The notes beneath the pieces are model-generated. The model was given only the letters and a program-made list of their open reading frames with translations. It was not told the origin of the DNA and did no database searches. A stretch of DNA of 64,000 bases from Auanema rhodensis (lineage: Eukaryota; Animalia; Nematoda). Location: contig OZ059900.1 of the NCBI GenBank assembly GCA_964057225.1, positions 14,818,001 through 14,882,000 of the forward strand, given 5' to 3'. This document shows, in pieces, positions 41,124-57,200 of the stretch. The position numbers were made by a program, and so were the translations under genes. How positions within the stretch are numbered: position 1 is the stretch's first letter; every line of letters starts with the position of its first letter.

Positions 41124-44100
41124 TTGAATTTGCACTTAGAAACTTTCATTAAGAGTGTGAGTTTGAATTATAGTAGAAAAATGAAACACTGTCTCTAACA
41201 TATCTTGATTTATGGCCTACTTTACTCAAAGAGCTAATTGGATTTGGTGTTAGAATGAACAATTGATTAACGCTGACGTTTCAATTTTTTTCATCGTAAT
41301 TGAGATAGAACATTTAAATTAAATGGAAATGTTTAACAATTTAGAAAAAAAACACAAGCTCAAATCACTTTTGAAAAAATAGAAAGTTTAAAACAACCTT
41401 TTTTCTAATAATTATCTTTTTTATCCGACTTTCGGAAGAAAACAAAAATAGCTTAACATTCAATAACGATGAATCAGAACAAAAACATTCTCCCCGGCCG
41501 GGAATTGAACCCGGGTCTCGCATGTGACAGACGCAGATACTCACCACTATCCTACCGAGGATTGAATTTGCACTTAGAAACTTTCATTAAGAGTGTGAGT
41601 TTGAATTAAAGTAGAAAAATGAAACACTGTCTCTAACATATATTGATTTATGGCCTACTTTACTCAAAGAGCTAATTGAAGTTTGGTGTTAGAATGAACA
41701 ATTGATTAACGCTGACGTTTTAATTTTTTTCATCGTAATTGAGATAGAACATTTAAAATAAATGGAAATGTTTAACAATTTAGAAAAAAAACACAAGCTC
41801 AAATCACTTTTGAAAAAACAGAAAGTTTAAAACAGCCCTTTTTCTAATAATTATCTTTTTCATCCGACTTTTGGAAAAAAACAAAAATAGCATAACATTA
41901 AATAACGATGAATCAGAACAAAAAAAATTCTCCCCGTCCGGGAATTGAACCCGGGTCTCGCATGTGACAGACGCGGATTCTCACCACTATACTACCGAGG
42001 ATTGAATTCGCACTTAGAAACTTTCATTAAGAGTGTGAGTTTGAATTATAGTAGAAAAATGAAACACTGTCTCTAACATATCTTGATTTATGGCCTACTT
42101 TACTCAAAGAGCTAATTGAAGTTTGGTGTTAGAATGAACAATTGATTAACGCTGACGTTTCAATTTTTTTCATCGTAATTGAGATAGAACATTTAAATTA
42201 AATGGAAATGTTTAACAATTTAGAAAAAAAACACAAGCTCAAATCACTTTTGAAAAAATAGAAAGTTTAAAACAACCTTTTTTCTAATAATTATCTTTTT
42301 TATCCGACTTTCGGAAGAAAACAAAAATAGCTTAACATTCAATAACGATGAATCAGAACAAAAACATTCTCCCCGGCCGGGAATTGAACCCGGGTCTCGC
42401 ATGTGACAGACGCAGATACTCACCACTATCCTACCGAGGATTGAATTTGCACTTAGAAACTTTCATTAAGAGTGTGAGTTTGAATTAAAGTAGAAAAATG
42501 AAACACTGTCTCTAACATATCTTGATTTATGGCCTACTTTACTCAAAGAGCTAATTGGATTTGGTGTTAGAATGAACAATTGATTAACGCTGACGTTTCA
42601 ATTTTTTTCATCGTAATTGAGATAGAACATTTAAATTAAATGGAAATGTTTAACAATTTAGAAAAAAAACACAAGCTCAAATCACTTTTGAAAAAATAGA
42701 AAGTTTAAAACAACCTTTTTTCTAATAATTATCTTTTTTATCCGACTTTCGGAAGAAAACAAAAATAGCTTAACATTCAATAACGATGAATCAGAACAAA
42801 AACATTCTCCCCGGCCGGGAATTGAACCCGGGTCTCGCATGTGACAGACGCGGATTCTCACCACTATACTACCGAGGATTGAATTCGCACTTACAAACTT
42901 TCATTAAGAGTGTGAGTTTGAATTATAGTAGAAAAATGAAACACTGTCTCTAACATATCTTGATTTATGGCCTACTTTACTCAAAGAGCTAATTGGATTT
43001 GGTGTTAGAATGAACAATTGATTAACGCTGACGTTTCAATTTTTTTCATCGTAATTGAGATAGAACATTTAAATTAAATGGAAATGTTTAACAATTTAGA
43101 AAAAAAACACAAGCTCAAATCACTTTTGAAAAAATAGAAAGTTTAAAACAACCTTTTTTCTAATAATTATCTTTTTTATCCGACTTTCGGAAGAAAACAA
43201 AAATAGCTTAACATTCAATAACGATGAATCAGAACAAAAACATTCTCCCCGGCCGGGAATTGAACCCGGGTCTCGCATGTGACAGACGCAGATACTCACC
43301 ACTATCCTACCGAGGATTGAATTTGCACTTAGAAACTTTCATTAAGAGTGTGAGTTTGAATTAAAGTAGAAAAATGAAACACTGTCTCTAACATATATTG
43401 ATTTATGGCCTACTTTACTCAAAGAGCTAATTGAAGTTTGGTGTTAGAATGAACAATTGATTAACGCTGACGTTTTAATTTTTTTCATCGTAATTGAGAT
43501 AGAACATTTAAAATAAATGGAAATGTTTAACAATTTAGAAAAAAAACACAAGCTCAAATCACTTTTGAAAAAACAGAAAGTTTAAAACAGCCCTTTTTCT
43601 AATAATTATCTTTTTCATCCGACTTTTGGAAAAAAACAAAAATAGCATAACATTAAATAACGATGAATCAGAACAAAAAAAATTCTCCCCGTCCGGGAAT
43701 TGAACCCGGGTCTCGCATGTGACAGACGCAGATACTCACCACTATCCTACCGAGGATTGAATTTGCACTTAGAAACTTTCATTAAGAGTGTGAGTTTGAA
43801 TTAAAGTAGAAAAATGAAACACTGTCTCTAACATATATTGATTTATGGCCTACTTTACTCAAAGAGCTAATTGAAGTTTGGTGTTAGAATGAACAATTGA
43901 TTAACGCTGACGTTTTAATTTTTTTCATCGTAATTGAGATAGAACATTTAAAATAAATGGAAATGTTTAACAATTTAGAAAAAAAACACAAGCTCAAATC
44001 ACTTTTGAAAAAACAGAAAGTTTAAAACAGCCCTTTTTCTAACAATTATCTTTTTCATCCGACTTTTGGAAAAAAACAAAAATAGCATAACATTAAATAA

Positions 44101-44562
44101 CGATGAATCAGAACAAAAAAAATTCTCCCCGTCCGGGAATTGAACCCGGGTCTCGCATGTGACAGACGCGGATACTCACCACTATACTACCGAGGATTGA
44201 ATTTGCACTTAGAAACTTTCATTAAGAGTGTGAGTTTGAAATATAGTAGAAAAATGAAACACAGTCTCTAACATATATTGATTTATGGCCTACTTTACTC
44301 AAAGAGCTAATTGAAGTTTGGTGTTAAAATGAACAATTGATTAACGCTGACGTTCCATTTTTTTTCATCGTAATTGAGATAGAACTTTTAAATTAAATGG
44401 AAATGTTTAAAAATTTAGAAAAAATCACAAGCTGAAATCACTTTTGAAAAAACAGAAAGTTTAAAACAACCTTTTTTCTAATAATTATCTCTTTAATTCG
44501 ACTTTTGGAAGAAAACAAAAATAGCATAACATTCAATAACGATGAATCAGAACAAAAACATT

Positions 44563-44634
44563 CTCCCCGGCCGGGAATTGAACCCGGGTCTCGCATGTGA
44601 CAGACGCGGATACTCACCACTATACTACCGAGGA
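44563..44634 (-). tRNA. trnD-GTC: tRNA-Asp(GTC), consensus copy
   Basis: Identical to 473..544; first intact copy after 37614. Confidence 0.93.
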
Positions 44635-47600
44635 TTGAATTTGCACTTAGAAACTTTCATTAAGAGTGTGAGTTTGAATTAAAGTAGAAAAATGAAACAC
44701 TGTCTTTAACATATATTGATTTTTGGCCTACTTTACTCAAAGAGCTAATTGAAGTTTGGTGTTACAATTAACGATTGATTAACGCTGATGTTTCAATTTT
44801 TTTCATCGTAATTAAGATAGAACACTTAAATTAAATAGAAATGTTTGAAAATTTGAAAAAAAATCACAAGCTCAAACCACTTTTGAAAAAGCAGAAAGTT
44901 TAAAACAATCTTTTTTCTAATAATTATCGTCTTTATCCGACTTTTTGAAGAAAACAAAAATAGCATAACATTCAATAACGATGAATCCGAACAAAAACAT
45001 TCTCCCCGGCCGGGAATTGAACCCGGGTCTCGCATGTGACAGACGCGGATACTCACCACTATACTACCGAGGATTGAATTTGCACTTAGAAACTATCATT
45101 AAGAGTGTGAGTTTGAAATATAGTAGAAAAATGAAACACTGTCTCTAACATATATTGATTTTTGGCCTACTTTACTCAAAGAGCTAATTGAAGTTTGGTG
45201 TTACAATTAACGATTGATTAACGCTGATGTTTCAATTTTTTTCATCGTAATTGAGATAGAACATTCAAATTAAATGGAAATGTTTAAAATTTAGAAAATA
45301 TCACAAGCTCAAATTACTTTTGAAAAAAACAGAAAGTTTAAAACAACCTTTTTTCTAATGATTATCTTTTTTATCCGACTTTCGGAAGAAAACAAAAATA
45401 GCATAACATTCAATAACGATGAATCAGAACAAAAACATTCTCCCCGGCCGGGAATTGAACCCGGGTCTCGCATGTGACAGACGCGGATACTCACCACTAT
45501 ACTACCGAGGATTGAATTTGCACTTAGAAACTTTCATTAAGAGTGTGAGTTTGAATTAAAGTAGAAAAATGAAACACTGTCTCTAACATATCTTGATTTA
45601 TGGCCTACTTTACTCAAAGAGCTAATTGAAGTTTGGTGTTACAATTAACGATTGATAAACGCTGACGTATCAATTTTTTTCATCGTAATTAAGATAGAAC
45701 ACTTAAATTAAATAGAAATGTTCGAAAATTTAAAAAAAAATCACAAGCTCAAACCACTTTTGAAAAAGCAGAAAGTTTAAAACAATCTTTTTTCTAATAA
45801 TTATCGTCTTTATCCGACTTTTTGAAGAAAACAAAAATAGCATAACATTCAATAACGATGAATCAGAACAAAAACATTCTCCCCGGCCGGGAATTTAACC
45901 CGGGTCTCGCATGTGACAGACGCGGATACTCACCACTATACTACCGAGGATTGAATTTGCACTTAGAAACTTTCATTAAGAGTGTGAGTTTGAATTATAG
46001 TAGAGAAATGAAACACTGTTTCTAACATATCTTGATTTATGGCCTACTTTACTCAAAGAGCTAATTGAAGTTTGGTGTTAGAATGAACAATTGATTAACG
46101 CTGACGTTTTAATTTTTTTCATCGTAATTGAGATAGAACATTTAAAATAAATGGAAATGTTTAACAATTTAGAAAAAAAACACAAGCTCAAATCACTTTT
46201 GAAAAAACAGAAAGTTTAAAACAACCCTTTTTCTAATAATTATCTTTTTCATCCGACTTTTGGAAAAAAACAAAAATAGCATAACATTAAATAACGATGA
46301 ATCAGAACAAAAACATTCTCCCCGTCCGGGAATTGAACCCGGGTCTCGCATGTGACAGACACAGATACTCACCACTATCCTACCGAGGATTGAATTTGCA
46401 CTTAGAAACTTTCATTAAGAGTGTGAGTTTGAAATATAGTAGAAAAATGAAACACTGTCTCTAACATATATTGATTTATGGCCTACTTTACTCAAAGAGC
46501 TAATTGAAGTTTGGTGTTAAAATGAACAAATGATTAACGCTGACGTTCCATTTTTTTTCATCGCAATTGAGATAGAATACTTAAATTAAATGGAAATGTT
46601 TAAAATTTAGAAAATATCACAAGCTCAAATTACTTTTGAAAAAACAGAAAGTTTAAAACAACCTTTTTTCTAATGATTATCTTTTTTATCCGACTTTCGG
46701 AAGAAAACAAAAATAGCATAACATTCAATAACGATGAATCAGAACAAAAACATTCTCCCCGGCCGGGAATTTAACCCGGGTCTCGCATGTGACAGACGCG
46801 GATACTCACCACTATACTATCGAGGATTGAATTTGCACTTAGAAACTTTCATTAAGAGTGTGAGTTTGAATTATAGTAGAAAAATGAAACACTGTTTCTA
46901 ACATATCTTGATTTATGGCCTACTTTACTCAAAGAGCTAATTGAAGTTTGGTGTTAGAATGAACAATTGATTAACGCTGACGTTTTAATTTCTTTCATCG
47001 TAATTGAGATAGAACATTTAAAATAAATGGAAATGTTTAACAATTTAGAAAAAAAACACAAGCTCAAATCACTTTTGAAAAAACAGAAAGTTTAAAACAA
47101 TCTTTTTTCTAATAATTATCGTCTTTATCCGACTTTTTGAAGAAAACAAAAATAGCATAACATTCAATAACGATGAATCAGAACAAAAACATTCTCCCCG
47201 GCCGGGAATTTAACCCGGGTCTCGCATGTGACAGACGCGGAAACTCACCACTATACTACCGAGGATTGAATTTGCACTTAGAAACTTTCATTAAGAGTGT
47301 GAGTTTGAATTATAGTAGAAAAATGAAACACTGTTTCTAACATATCTTGATTTATGGCCTACTTTACTCAAAGAGCTAATTGAAGTTTGGTGTTAGAATG
47401 AACAATTGATTAACGCTGACGTTTTAATTTTTTTCATCGTAATTGAGATAGAACATTTAAAATAAATGGAAATGTTTAACAATTTAGAAAAAAAACACAA
47501 GCTCAAATCACTTTTGAAAAAACAGAAAGTTTAAAACAACCCTTTTTCTAATAATTATCTTTTTCATCCGACTTTTGGAAAAAAACAAAAATAGCATAAC

Positions 47601-50600
47601 ATTAAATAACGATGAATCAGAACAAAAACATTCTCCCCGTCCGGGAATTGAACCCGGGTCTCGCATGTGACAGACACAGATACTCACCACTATCCTACCG
47701 AGGATTGAATTTGCACTTAGAAACTTTCATTAAGAGTGTGAGTTTGAAATATAGTAGAAAAATGAAACACTGTCTCTAACATATATTGATTTATGGCCTA
47801 CTTTACTCAAAGAGCTAATTGAAGTTTGGTGTTAAAATGAACAAATGATTAACGCTGACGTTCCATTTTTTTTCATCGCAATTGAGATAGAATACTTAAA
47901 TTAAATGGAAATGTTTAAAATTTAGAAAATATCACAAGCTCAAATTACTTTTGAAAAAACAGAAAGTTTAAAACAACCTTTTTTCTAATGATTATCTTTT
48001 TTATCCGACTTTCGGAAGAAAACAAAAATAGCATAACATTCAATAACGATGAATCAGAACAAAAACATTCTCCCCGGCCGGGAATTTAACCCGGGTCTCG
48101 CATGTGACAGACGCGGATACTCACCACTATACTATCGAGGATTGAATTTGCACTTAGAAACTTTCATTAAGAGTGTGAGTTTGAATTATAGTAGAAAAAT
48201 GAAACACTGTTTCTAACATATCTTGATTTATGGCCTACTTTACTCAAAGAGCTAATTGAAGTTTGGTGTTAGAATGAACAATTGATTAACGCTGACGTTT
48301 TAATTTTTTTCATAGTAATTGAGATAGAACATTTAAAATAAATGGAAATGTTTAACAATTTAGAAAAAAAACACAAGCTCAAATCACTTTTGAAAAAACA
48401 GAAAGTTTAAAACAGCCCTTTTTCTAATAATTATCTTTTTCATCCGACTTTTGGAAAAAAACAAAAATAGCATAACATTAAATAACGATGAATCAGAACA
48501 AAAAAAATTCTCCCCGTCCGGGAATTGAACCCGGGTCTCGCATGTGACAGACGCGGATTCTCACCACTATACTACCGAGGATTGAATTCGCACTTAGAAA
48601 CTTTCATTAAGAGTGTGAGTTTGAATTATAGTAGAAAAATGAAACACTGTCTCTAACATATCTTGATTTATGGCCTACTTTACTCAAAGAGCTAATTGGA
48701 TTTGGTGTTAGAATGAACAATTGATTAACGCTGACGTTTCTATTTTTTTCATCGTAATTGAGATAGAACATTTAAATTAAATGGAAATGTTTAACAATTT
48801 AGAAAAAAAACACAAGCTCAAATCACTTTTGAAAAAAAAGAAAGTTTAAAAAAAACCTTTTTTCTAATAATTATCTTTTTTATCCGACTTTCGGAAGAAA
48901 ACAAAAATAGCTTAACATTCAATAACGATGAATCAGAACAAAAACATTCTCCCCGGCCGGGAATTGAACCCGGGTCTCGCATGTGACAGACGCAGATACT
49001 CACCACTATCCTACCGAGGATTGAATTTGCACTTAGAAACTTTCATTAAGAGTGTGAGTTTGAATTAAAGTAGAAAAATGAAACACTGTCTCTAACATAT
49101 ATTGATTTATGGCCTACTTTACTCAAAGAGCTAATTGAAGTTTGGTGTTAAAATGAACAATTGATTAACGCTGACGTTCCATTTTTTTTCATCGTAATTG
49201 AGATAGAACATTTAAATTAAATGGAAATGTTTAAAAATTTAGAAAAAATCACAAGCTGAAATCACTTTTGAAAAAACAGAAAGTTTAAAACAACCTTTTT
49301 TCTAATAATTATCTCTTTAATTCGACTTTTGGAAGAAAACAAAAATAGCATAACATTCAATAACGATGAATCAGAACAAAAACATTCTCCCCGGCCGGGA
49401 ATTGAACCCGGGTCTCGCATGTGACAGACGCGGATACTCACCACTATACTACCGAGGATTGAATTTGCACTTAGAAACTTTCATTAAGAGTGTGAGTTTG
49501 AATTAAAGTAGAAAAATGAAACACTGTCTTTAACATATATTGATTTTTGGCCTACTTTACTCAAAGAGCTAATTGAAGTTTGGTGTTACAATTAACGATT
49601 GATTAACGCTGATGTTTCAATTTTTTTCATCGTAATTAAGATAGAACACTTAAATTAAATAGAAATGTTTGAAAATTTGAAAAAAAATCACAAGCTCAAA
49701 CCACTTTTGAAAAAGCAGAAAGTTTAAAACAATCTTTTTTCTAATAATTATCGTCTTTATCCGACTTTTTGAAGAAAACAAAAATAGCATAACATTCAAT
49801 AACGATGAATCAGAACAAAAACATTCTCCCCGGCCGGGAATTGAACCCGGGTCTCGCATGTGACAGACGCGGATACTCACCACTATACTACCGAGGATTG
49901 AATTTGCACTTAGAAACTTTCATTAAGAGTGTGAGTTTGAATTAAAGTAGAAAAATGAAACACTGTCTCTAACATATCTTGATTTATGGCCTACTTTACT
50001 CAAAGAGCTAATTGAAGTTTGGTGTTACAATTAACGATTGATAAACGCTGACGTATCAATTTTTTTCATCGTAATTAAGATAGAACACTTAAATTAAATA
50101 GAAATGTTCGAAAATTTAGAAAAAATCACAAGCTGAAATCACTTTTGAAAAAACAGAAAGTTTAAAACAACCTTTTTTCTAATAATTATCTCTTTAATTC
50201 GACTTTTGGAAGAAAACAAAAATAGCATAACATTCAATAACGATGAATCAGAACAAAAACATTCTCCCCGGCCGGGAATTGAACCCGGGTCTCGCATGTG
50301 ACAGACGCGGATACTCACCACTATACTACCGAGGATTGAATTTGCACTTAGAAACTTTCATTAAGAGTGTGAGTTTGAATTAAAGTAGAAAAATGAAACA
50401 CTGTCTTTAACATATATTGATTTTTGGCCTACTTTACTCAAAGAGCTAATTGAAGTTTGGTGTTACAATTAACGATTGATTAACGCTGATGTTTCAATTT
50501 TTTTCATCGTAATTAAGATAGAACACTTAAATTAAATAGAAATGTTTGAAAATTTGAAAAAAAATCACAAGCTCAAACCACTTTTGAAAAAGCAGAAAGT

Positions 50601-51141
50601 TTAAAACAATCTTTTTTCTAATAATTATCGTCTTTATCCGACTTTTTGAAGAAAACAAAAATAGCATAACATTCAATAACGATGAATCAGAACAAAAACA
50701 TTCTCCCCGGCCGGGAATTGAACCCGGGTCTCGCATGTGACAGACGCGGATACTCACCACTATACTACCGAGGATTGAATTTGCACTTAGAAACTTTCAT
50801 TAAGAGTGTGAGTTTGAATTAAAGTAGAAAAATGAAACACTGTCTCTAACATATCTTGATTTATGGCCTACTTTACTCAAAGAGCTAATTGAAGTTTGGT
50901 GTTACAATTAACGATTGATAAACGCTGACGTATCAATTTTTTTCATCGTAATTAAGATAGAACACTTAAATTAAATAGAAATGTTCGAAAATTTAAAAAA
51001 AAATCACAAGCTCAAACCACTTTTGAAAAAGCAGAAAGCTTAAAACAATCTTTTTTCTAATAATTATCGTCTTTATCCGACTTTTTGAAGAAAACAAAAA
51101 TAGCATAACATTCAATAACGATGAATCAGAACAAAAACATT

Positions 51142-51213
51142 CTAACCGGCCGGGAATTTAACCCGGGTCTCGCATGTGACAGACGCGGATACTCACCACT
51201 ATACTACCGAGGA
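51142..51213 (-). pseudogene. tRNA-Asp pseudogene (G70T, G71T, C56A)
   Basis: Plus strand ctaaccggccgggaatttaac: acceptor pairs 2:71 and 3:70 broken, B box mutated. Confidence 0.8.
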
Positions 51214-54200
51214 TTGAATTTGCACTTAGAAACTTTCATTAAGAGTGTGAGTTTGAATTAAAGTAGAAAAATGAAACACTGTCTCTAACATATCTTGATT
51301 TATGGCCTACTTTACTCAAAGAGCTAATTGAAGTTTGGTGTTAGAATGAACAATTGATTAACGCTGACGTTTCAATTTTTTTCATCGTAATTGAGATAGA
51401 ACATTTAAAATAAATGGAAATGTTTAACAATTTAGAAAAAAAACACAAGCTCAAATCACTTTTGAAAAAACAGAAAGTTTAAAACAACCCTTTTTCTAAT
51501 AATTATCTTTTTTATCCGACTTTCGGAAGAAAACAAAAATAGCATAACATTCAGTAACGATGAATCAGAACAAAAACATTCTCCCCGGCCGGGAATTTAA
51601 CCCGGGTCTCGCATGTGACAGACGCGGATACTCACCACTATACTACCGAGGATTGAATTTGCACTTAGAAACTTTCATTAAGAGTGTGAGTTTGAAATAT
51701 AGTAGAAAAATGAAACACTGTCTCTAACATATATTGATTTATGGCCTACTTTACTCAAAGAGCTAATTGAAGTTTGGTGTTAAAATGAACAAATGATTAA
51801 CGCTGACGTTCCATTTTTTTTCATCGCAATTGAGATAGAACATTTAAAATAAATGGAAATGTTTAACAATTTAGAAAAAAAACACAAGCTCAAATCACTT
51901 TTGAAAAAGCAGAAAGTTTAAAACAATCTTTTTTCTAATAATTATCGTCTTTATCCGACTTTTTGAAGAAAACAAAAATAGCATAACATTCAATAACGAT
52001 GAATCAGAACAAAAACATTCTCCCCGGCCGGGAATTTAACCCGGGTCTCGCATGTGACAGACGCGGATACTCACCACTATACTACCGAGGATTGAATTTG
52101 CACTTAGAAACTTTCATTAAGAGTGTGAGTTTGAATTAAAGTAGAAAAATGAAACACTGTCTCTAACATATCTTGATTTATGGCCTACTTTACTCAAAGA
52201 GCTAATTGGATTTGGTGTTAGAATGAACAATTGATTAACACTGACGTTTCAATTTTTTTCATCGTAATTGAGATAGAACATTTAAATTAAATGGAAATGT
52301 TTAACAATTTAGAAAAAAAACACAAGCTCAAATCACTTTTGAAAAAATAGAAAGTTTAAAACAACCTTTTTTCTAATAATTATCTTTTTTATCCGACTTT
52401 CGGAAGAAAAAAAAAATAGCTTAACATTCAATAACGATGAATCAGAACAAAAACATTCTCCCCGGCCGGGAATTGAACCCGGGTCTCGCATGTGACAGAC
52501 GCAGATACTCACCACTATCCTACCGAGGATTGAATTTGCACTTAGAAACTTTCATTAAGAGTGTGAGTTTGAATTAAAGTAGAAAAATGAAACACTGTCT
52601 CTAACATATATTGATTTATGGCCTACTTTACTCAAAGAGCTAATTGAAGTTTGGTGTTAAAATGAACAATTGATTAACGCTGACGTTCCATTTTTTTTCA
52701 TCGTAATTGAGATAGAACATTTAAATTAAATGGAAATGCTTAACAATTTAGAAAAAAAACACAAGCTCAAATCACTTTTGAAAAAATAGAAAGTTTAAAA
52801 CAACCTTTTTTCTAATAATTATCTTTTTTATCCGACTTTTGGAAAAAAACAAAATAGCATAACATTCAATAACGATGAATCAGAACAAAAACATTCTCCC
52901 CGGCCGGGAATTTAACCCGGGTCTCGCATGTGACAGACGCGGATACTCACCACTATACTACCGAGGATTGAATTTGCACTTAGAAACTTTCATTAAGAGT
53001 GTGAGTTTGAAATATAGTAGAAAAATGAAACACAGTCTCTAACATATATTGATTTATGGCCTACTTTACTCAAAGAGCTAATTGAAGTTTGGTGTTAAAA
53101 TGAACAATTGATTAACGCTGACGTTCCATTTTTTTTCATCGTAATTGAGATAGAACATTTAAATTAAATGGAAATGTTTAAAAATTCAGAAAAAATCACA
53201 AGCTGAAATCACTTTTGAAAAAACAGAAAGTTTAAAACAACCTTTTTTCTAATAATTATCTCTTTAATTCGACTTTCGGAAGAAAACAAAAATAGCATAA
53301 CATTCAATAACGATGAATCAGAACAAAAACATTCTCCCCGGCCGGGAATTGAACCCGGGTCTCGCATGTGACAGACGCGGATACTCACCACTATACTACC
53401 GAGGATTGAATTTGCACTTAGAAACTTTCATTAAGAGTGTGAGTTTGAATTAAAGTAGAAAAATGAAACACTGTCTTTAACATATATTGATTTTTGGCCT
53501 ACTTTACTCAAAAAGCTAATTGAAGTTTGGTGTTACAATTAACGATTGATTAACGCTGATGTTTCAATTTTTTTCATCGTAATTAAGATAGAACACTTAA
53601 ATTAAATAGAAATGTTTGAAAATTTGAAAAAAAATCACAAGCTCAAACCACTTTTGAAAAAGCAGAAAGTTTAAAACAATCTTTTTTCTAATAATTATCG
53701 TCTTTATCCGACTTTTTGAAGAAAACAAAAATAGCATAACATTCAATAACGATGAATCCGAACAAAAACATTCTCCCCGGCCGGGAATTGAACCCGGGTC
53801 TCGCATGTGACAGACGCGGATACTCACCACTATACTACCGAGGATTGAATTTGCACTTAGAAACTTTCATTAAGAGTGTGAGTTTGAAATATAGTAGAAA
53901 AATGAAACACTGTCTCTAACATATATTGATTTTTGGCCTACTTTACTCAAAGAGCTAATTGAAGTTTGGTGTTACAATTAACGATTGATTAACGCTGATG
54001 TTTCAATTTTTTTCATCGTAATTGAGATAGAACATTCAAATTAAATGGAAATGTTTAAAATTTAGAAAATATCACAAGCTCAAATTACTTTTGAAAAAAC
54101 AGAAAGTTTAAAACAACCTTTTTTCTAATGATTATCTTTTTTATCCGACTTTCGGAAGAAAACAAAAATAGCATAACATTCAATAACGATGAATCAGAAC

Positions 54201-57200
54201 AAAAACATTCTCCCCGGCCGGGAATTGAACCCGGGTCTCGCATGTGACAGACGCGGATACTCACCACTATACTACCGAGGATTGAATTTGCACTTAGAAA
54301 CTTTCATTAAGAGTGTGAGTTTGAATTATAGTAGAAAAATGAAACACTGTCTCTAACATATCTTGATTTATGGCCTACTTTACTCAAAGAGCTAATTGAA
54401 GTTTGGTGTTAGAATAAACAATTGATTAAGGCTGACGTTTCAATTTTTTTCATCGTAATTGAGATAGAACATTTAAAATAAATGGAAATGTTTAACAATT
54501 TAGAAAAAAAACACAAGCTCAAATCACTTTTGAAAAAACAGAAAGTTTAAAACAACCTTTTTTCTAACAATTATCTCTTTAATTCGACTTTTGGAAGAAA
54601 ACAAAAATAGCATAACATTCAATAACGATGAATCAGAACAAAAACATTCTCCCCGGCCGGGAATTGAACCCGGGTCTCGCATGTGACAGACGCGGATACT
54701 CACCACTATACTACCGAGGATTGAATTTGCACTTAGAAACTTTCATTAAGAGTGTGAGTTTGAATTAAAGTAGTAAAATGAAACACTGTCTCTAACATAT
54801 ATTGATTTTTGGCCTACTTTACTCAAAGAGCTAATTGAAGTTTGGTGTTACAATTAACGATTGATTAACGCTGATGTTTCAATTTTTTTCATCGTAATTG
54901 AGATAGAACACTTAAATTAAATATAAATGTTTGAAAATTTGAAAAAAAACACAAGCTCAAATCACTTTTGAAAAAATAGAAAGTTTAAAACAACCTTTTT
55001 TCTAATAATTATCTTTTTTATCCGACTTTCGGAAGAAAAAAAAAATAGCTTAACATTCAATAACGATGAATCAGAACAAAAACATTCTCCCCGGCCGGGA
55101 ATTGAACCCGGGTCTCGCATGTGACAGACGCGGATTCTCACCACTATACTACCGAGGATTGAATTTGCACTTAGAAACTTTCATTAAGAGTGTGAGTTTG
55201 AAATATAGTAGAAAAATGAAACACTGTCTCTAACATATATTGATTTTTGGCCTACTTTACTCAAAGAGCTAATTGAAGTTTGGTGTTACAATTAACGATT
55301 GATTAACGCTGATGTTTCAATTTTTTTCATCGTAATTGAGATAGAACATTTAAATTAAATGGAAATGTTTAACAATTTAGAAAAAAAACACAAGCTCAAA
55401 TCACTTTTGAAAAAATAGAAAGTTTAAAACAACCTTTTTTCTAATAATTATCGTCTTTATCCGACTTTTTGAAGAAAACAAAAATAGCATAACATTCAAT
55501 AACGATGAATCCAAACAAAAACATTCTCCCCGGCCGGGAATTGAACCCGGGTCTCGCATGTGACAGACGCGGATTCTCACCACTATACTACCGAGGATTG
55601 AATTTGCACTTAGAAACTTTCATTAAGAGTGTGAGTTTGAATTAAAGTAGAAAAATGAAACACTGTCTTTAACATATATTGATTTTTGGCCTACTTTACT
55701 CAAAGAGCTAATTGAAGTTTGGTGTTACAATTAACGATTGATTAACGCTGATGTTTCAATTTTTTTCATCGTAATTAAGATAGAACACTTAAATTAAATA
55801 GAAATGTTTGAAAATTTGAAAAAAAATCACAAGCTCAAACCACTTTTGAAAAAGCAGAAAGTTTAAAACAATCTTTTTTCTAATAATTATCGTCTTTATC
55901 CGACTTTTTGAAGAAAACAAAAATAGCATAACATTCAATAACGATGAATCCGAACAAAAACATTCTCCCCGGCCGGGAATTGAACCCGGGTCTCGCATGT
56001 GACAGACGCGGATACTCACCACTATACTACCGAGGATTGAATTTGCACTTAGAAACTTTCATTAAGAGTGTGAGTTTGAAATATAGTAGAAAAATGAAAC
56101 ACTGTCTCTAACATATATTGATTTTTGGCCTACTTTACTCAAAGAGCTAATTGAAGTTTGGTGTTACAATTAACGATTGATTAACGCTGATGTTTCAATT
56201 TTTTTCATCGTAATTGAGATAGAACATTCAAATTAAATGGAAATGTTTAAAATTTAGAAAATATCACAAGCTCAAATTACTTTTGAAAAAACAGAAAGTT
56301 TAAAACAACCTTTTTTCTAATGATTATCTTTTTTATCCGACTTTCGGAAGAAAACAAAAATAGCATAACATTCAATAACGATGAATCAGAACAAAAACAT
56401 TCTCCCCGGCCGGGAATTGAACCCGGGTCTCGCATGTGACAGACGCGGATACTCACCACTATACTACCGAGGATTGAATTTGCACTTAGAAACTTTCATT
56501 AAGAGTGTGAGTTTGAATTATAGTAGAAAAATGAAACACTGTCTCTAACATATCTTGATTTATGGCCTACTTTACTCAAAGAGCTAATTGAAGTTTGGTG
56601 TTAGAATAAACAATTGATTAAGGCTGACGTTTCAATTTTTTTCATCGTAATTGAGATAGAACATTTAAAATAAATGGAAATGTTTAACAATTTAGAAAAA
56701 AAACACAAGCTCAAATCACTTTTGAAAAAACAGAAAGTTTAAAACAACCTTTTTTCTAACAATTATCTCTTTAATTCGACTTTTGGAAGAAAACAAAAAT
56801 AGCATAACATTCAATAACGATGAATCAGAACAAAAACATTCTCCCCGGCCGGGAATTGAACCCGGGTCTCGCATGTGACAGACGCGGATACTCACCACTA
56901 TACTACCGAGGATTGAATTTGCACTTAGAAACTTTCATTAAGAGTGTGAGTTTGAATTATAGTAGAAAAATGAAACACTGTCTCTAACATATCTTGATTT
57001 TTGGCCTACTTTACTCAAAGAGCTAATTGAAGTTTGGTGTTAGAATAAACAATTGATTAAGGCTGACGTTTCAATTTTTTTCATCGTAATTGAGATAGAA
57101 CATTTAAAATAAATGGAAATGTTTAACAATTTAGAAAAAAAACACAAGCTCAAATCACTTTTGAAAAAACAGAAAGTTTAAAACAACCTTTTTTCTAACA

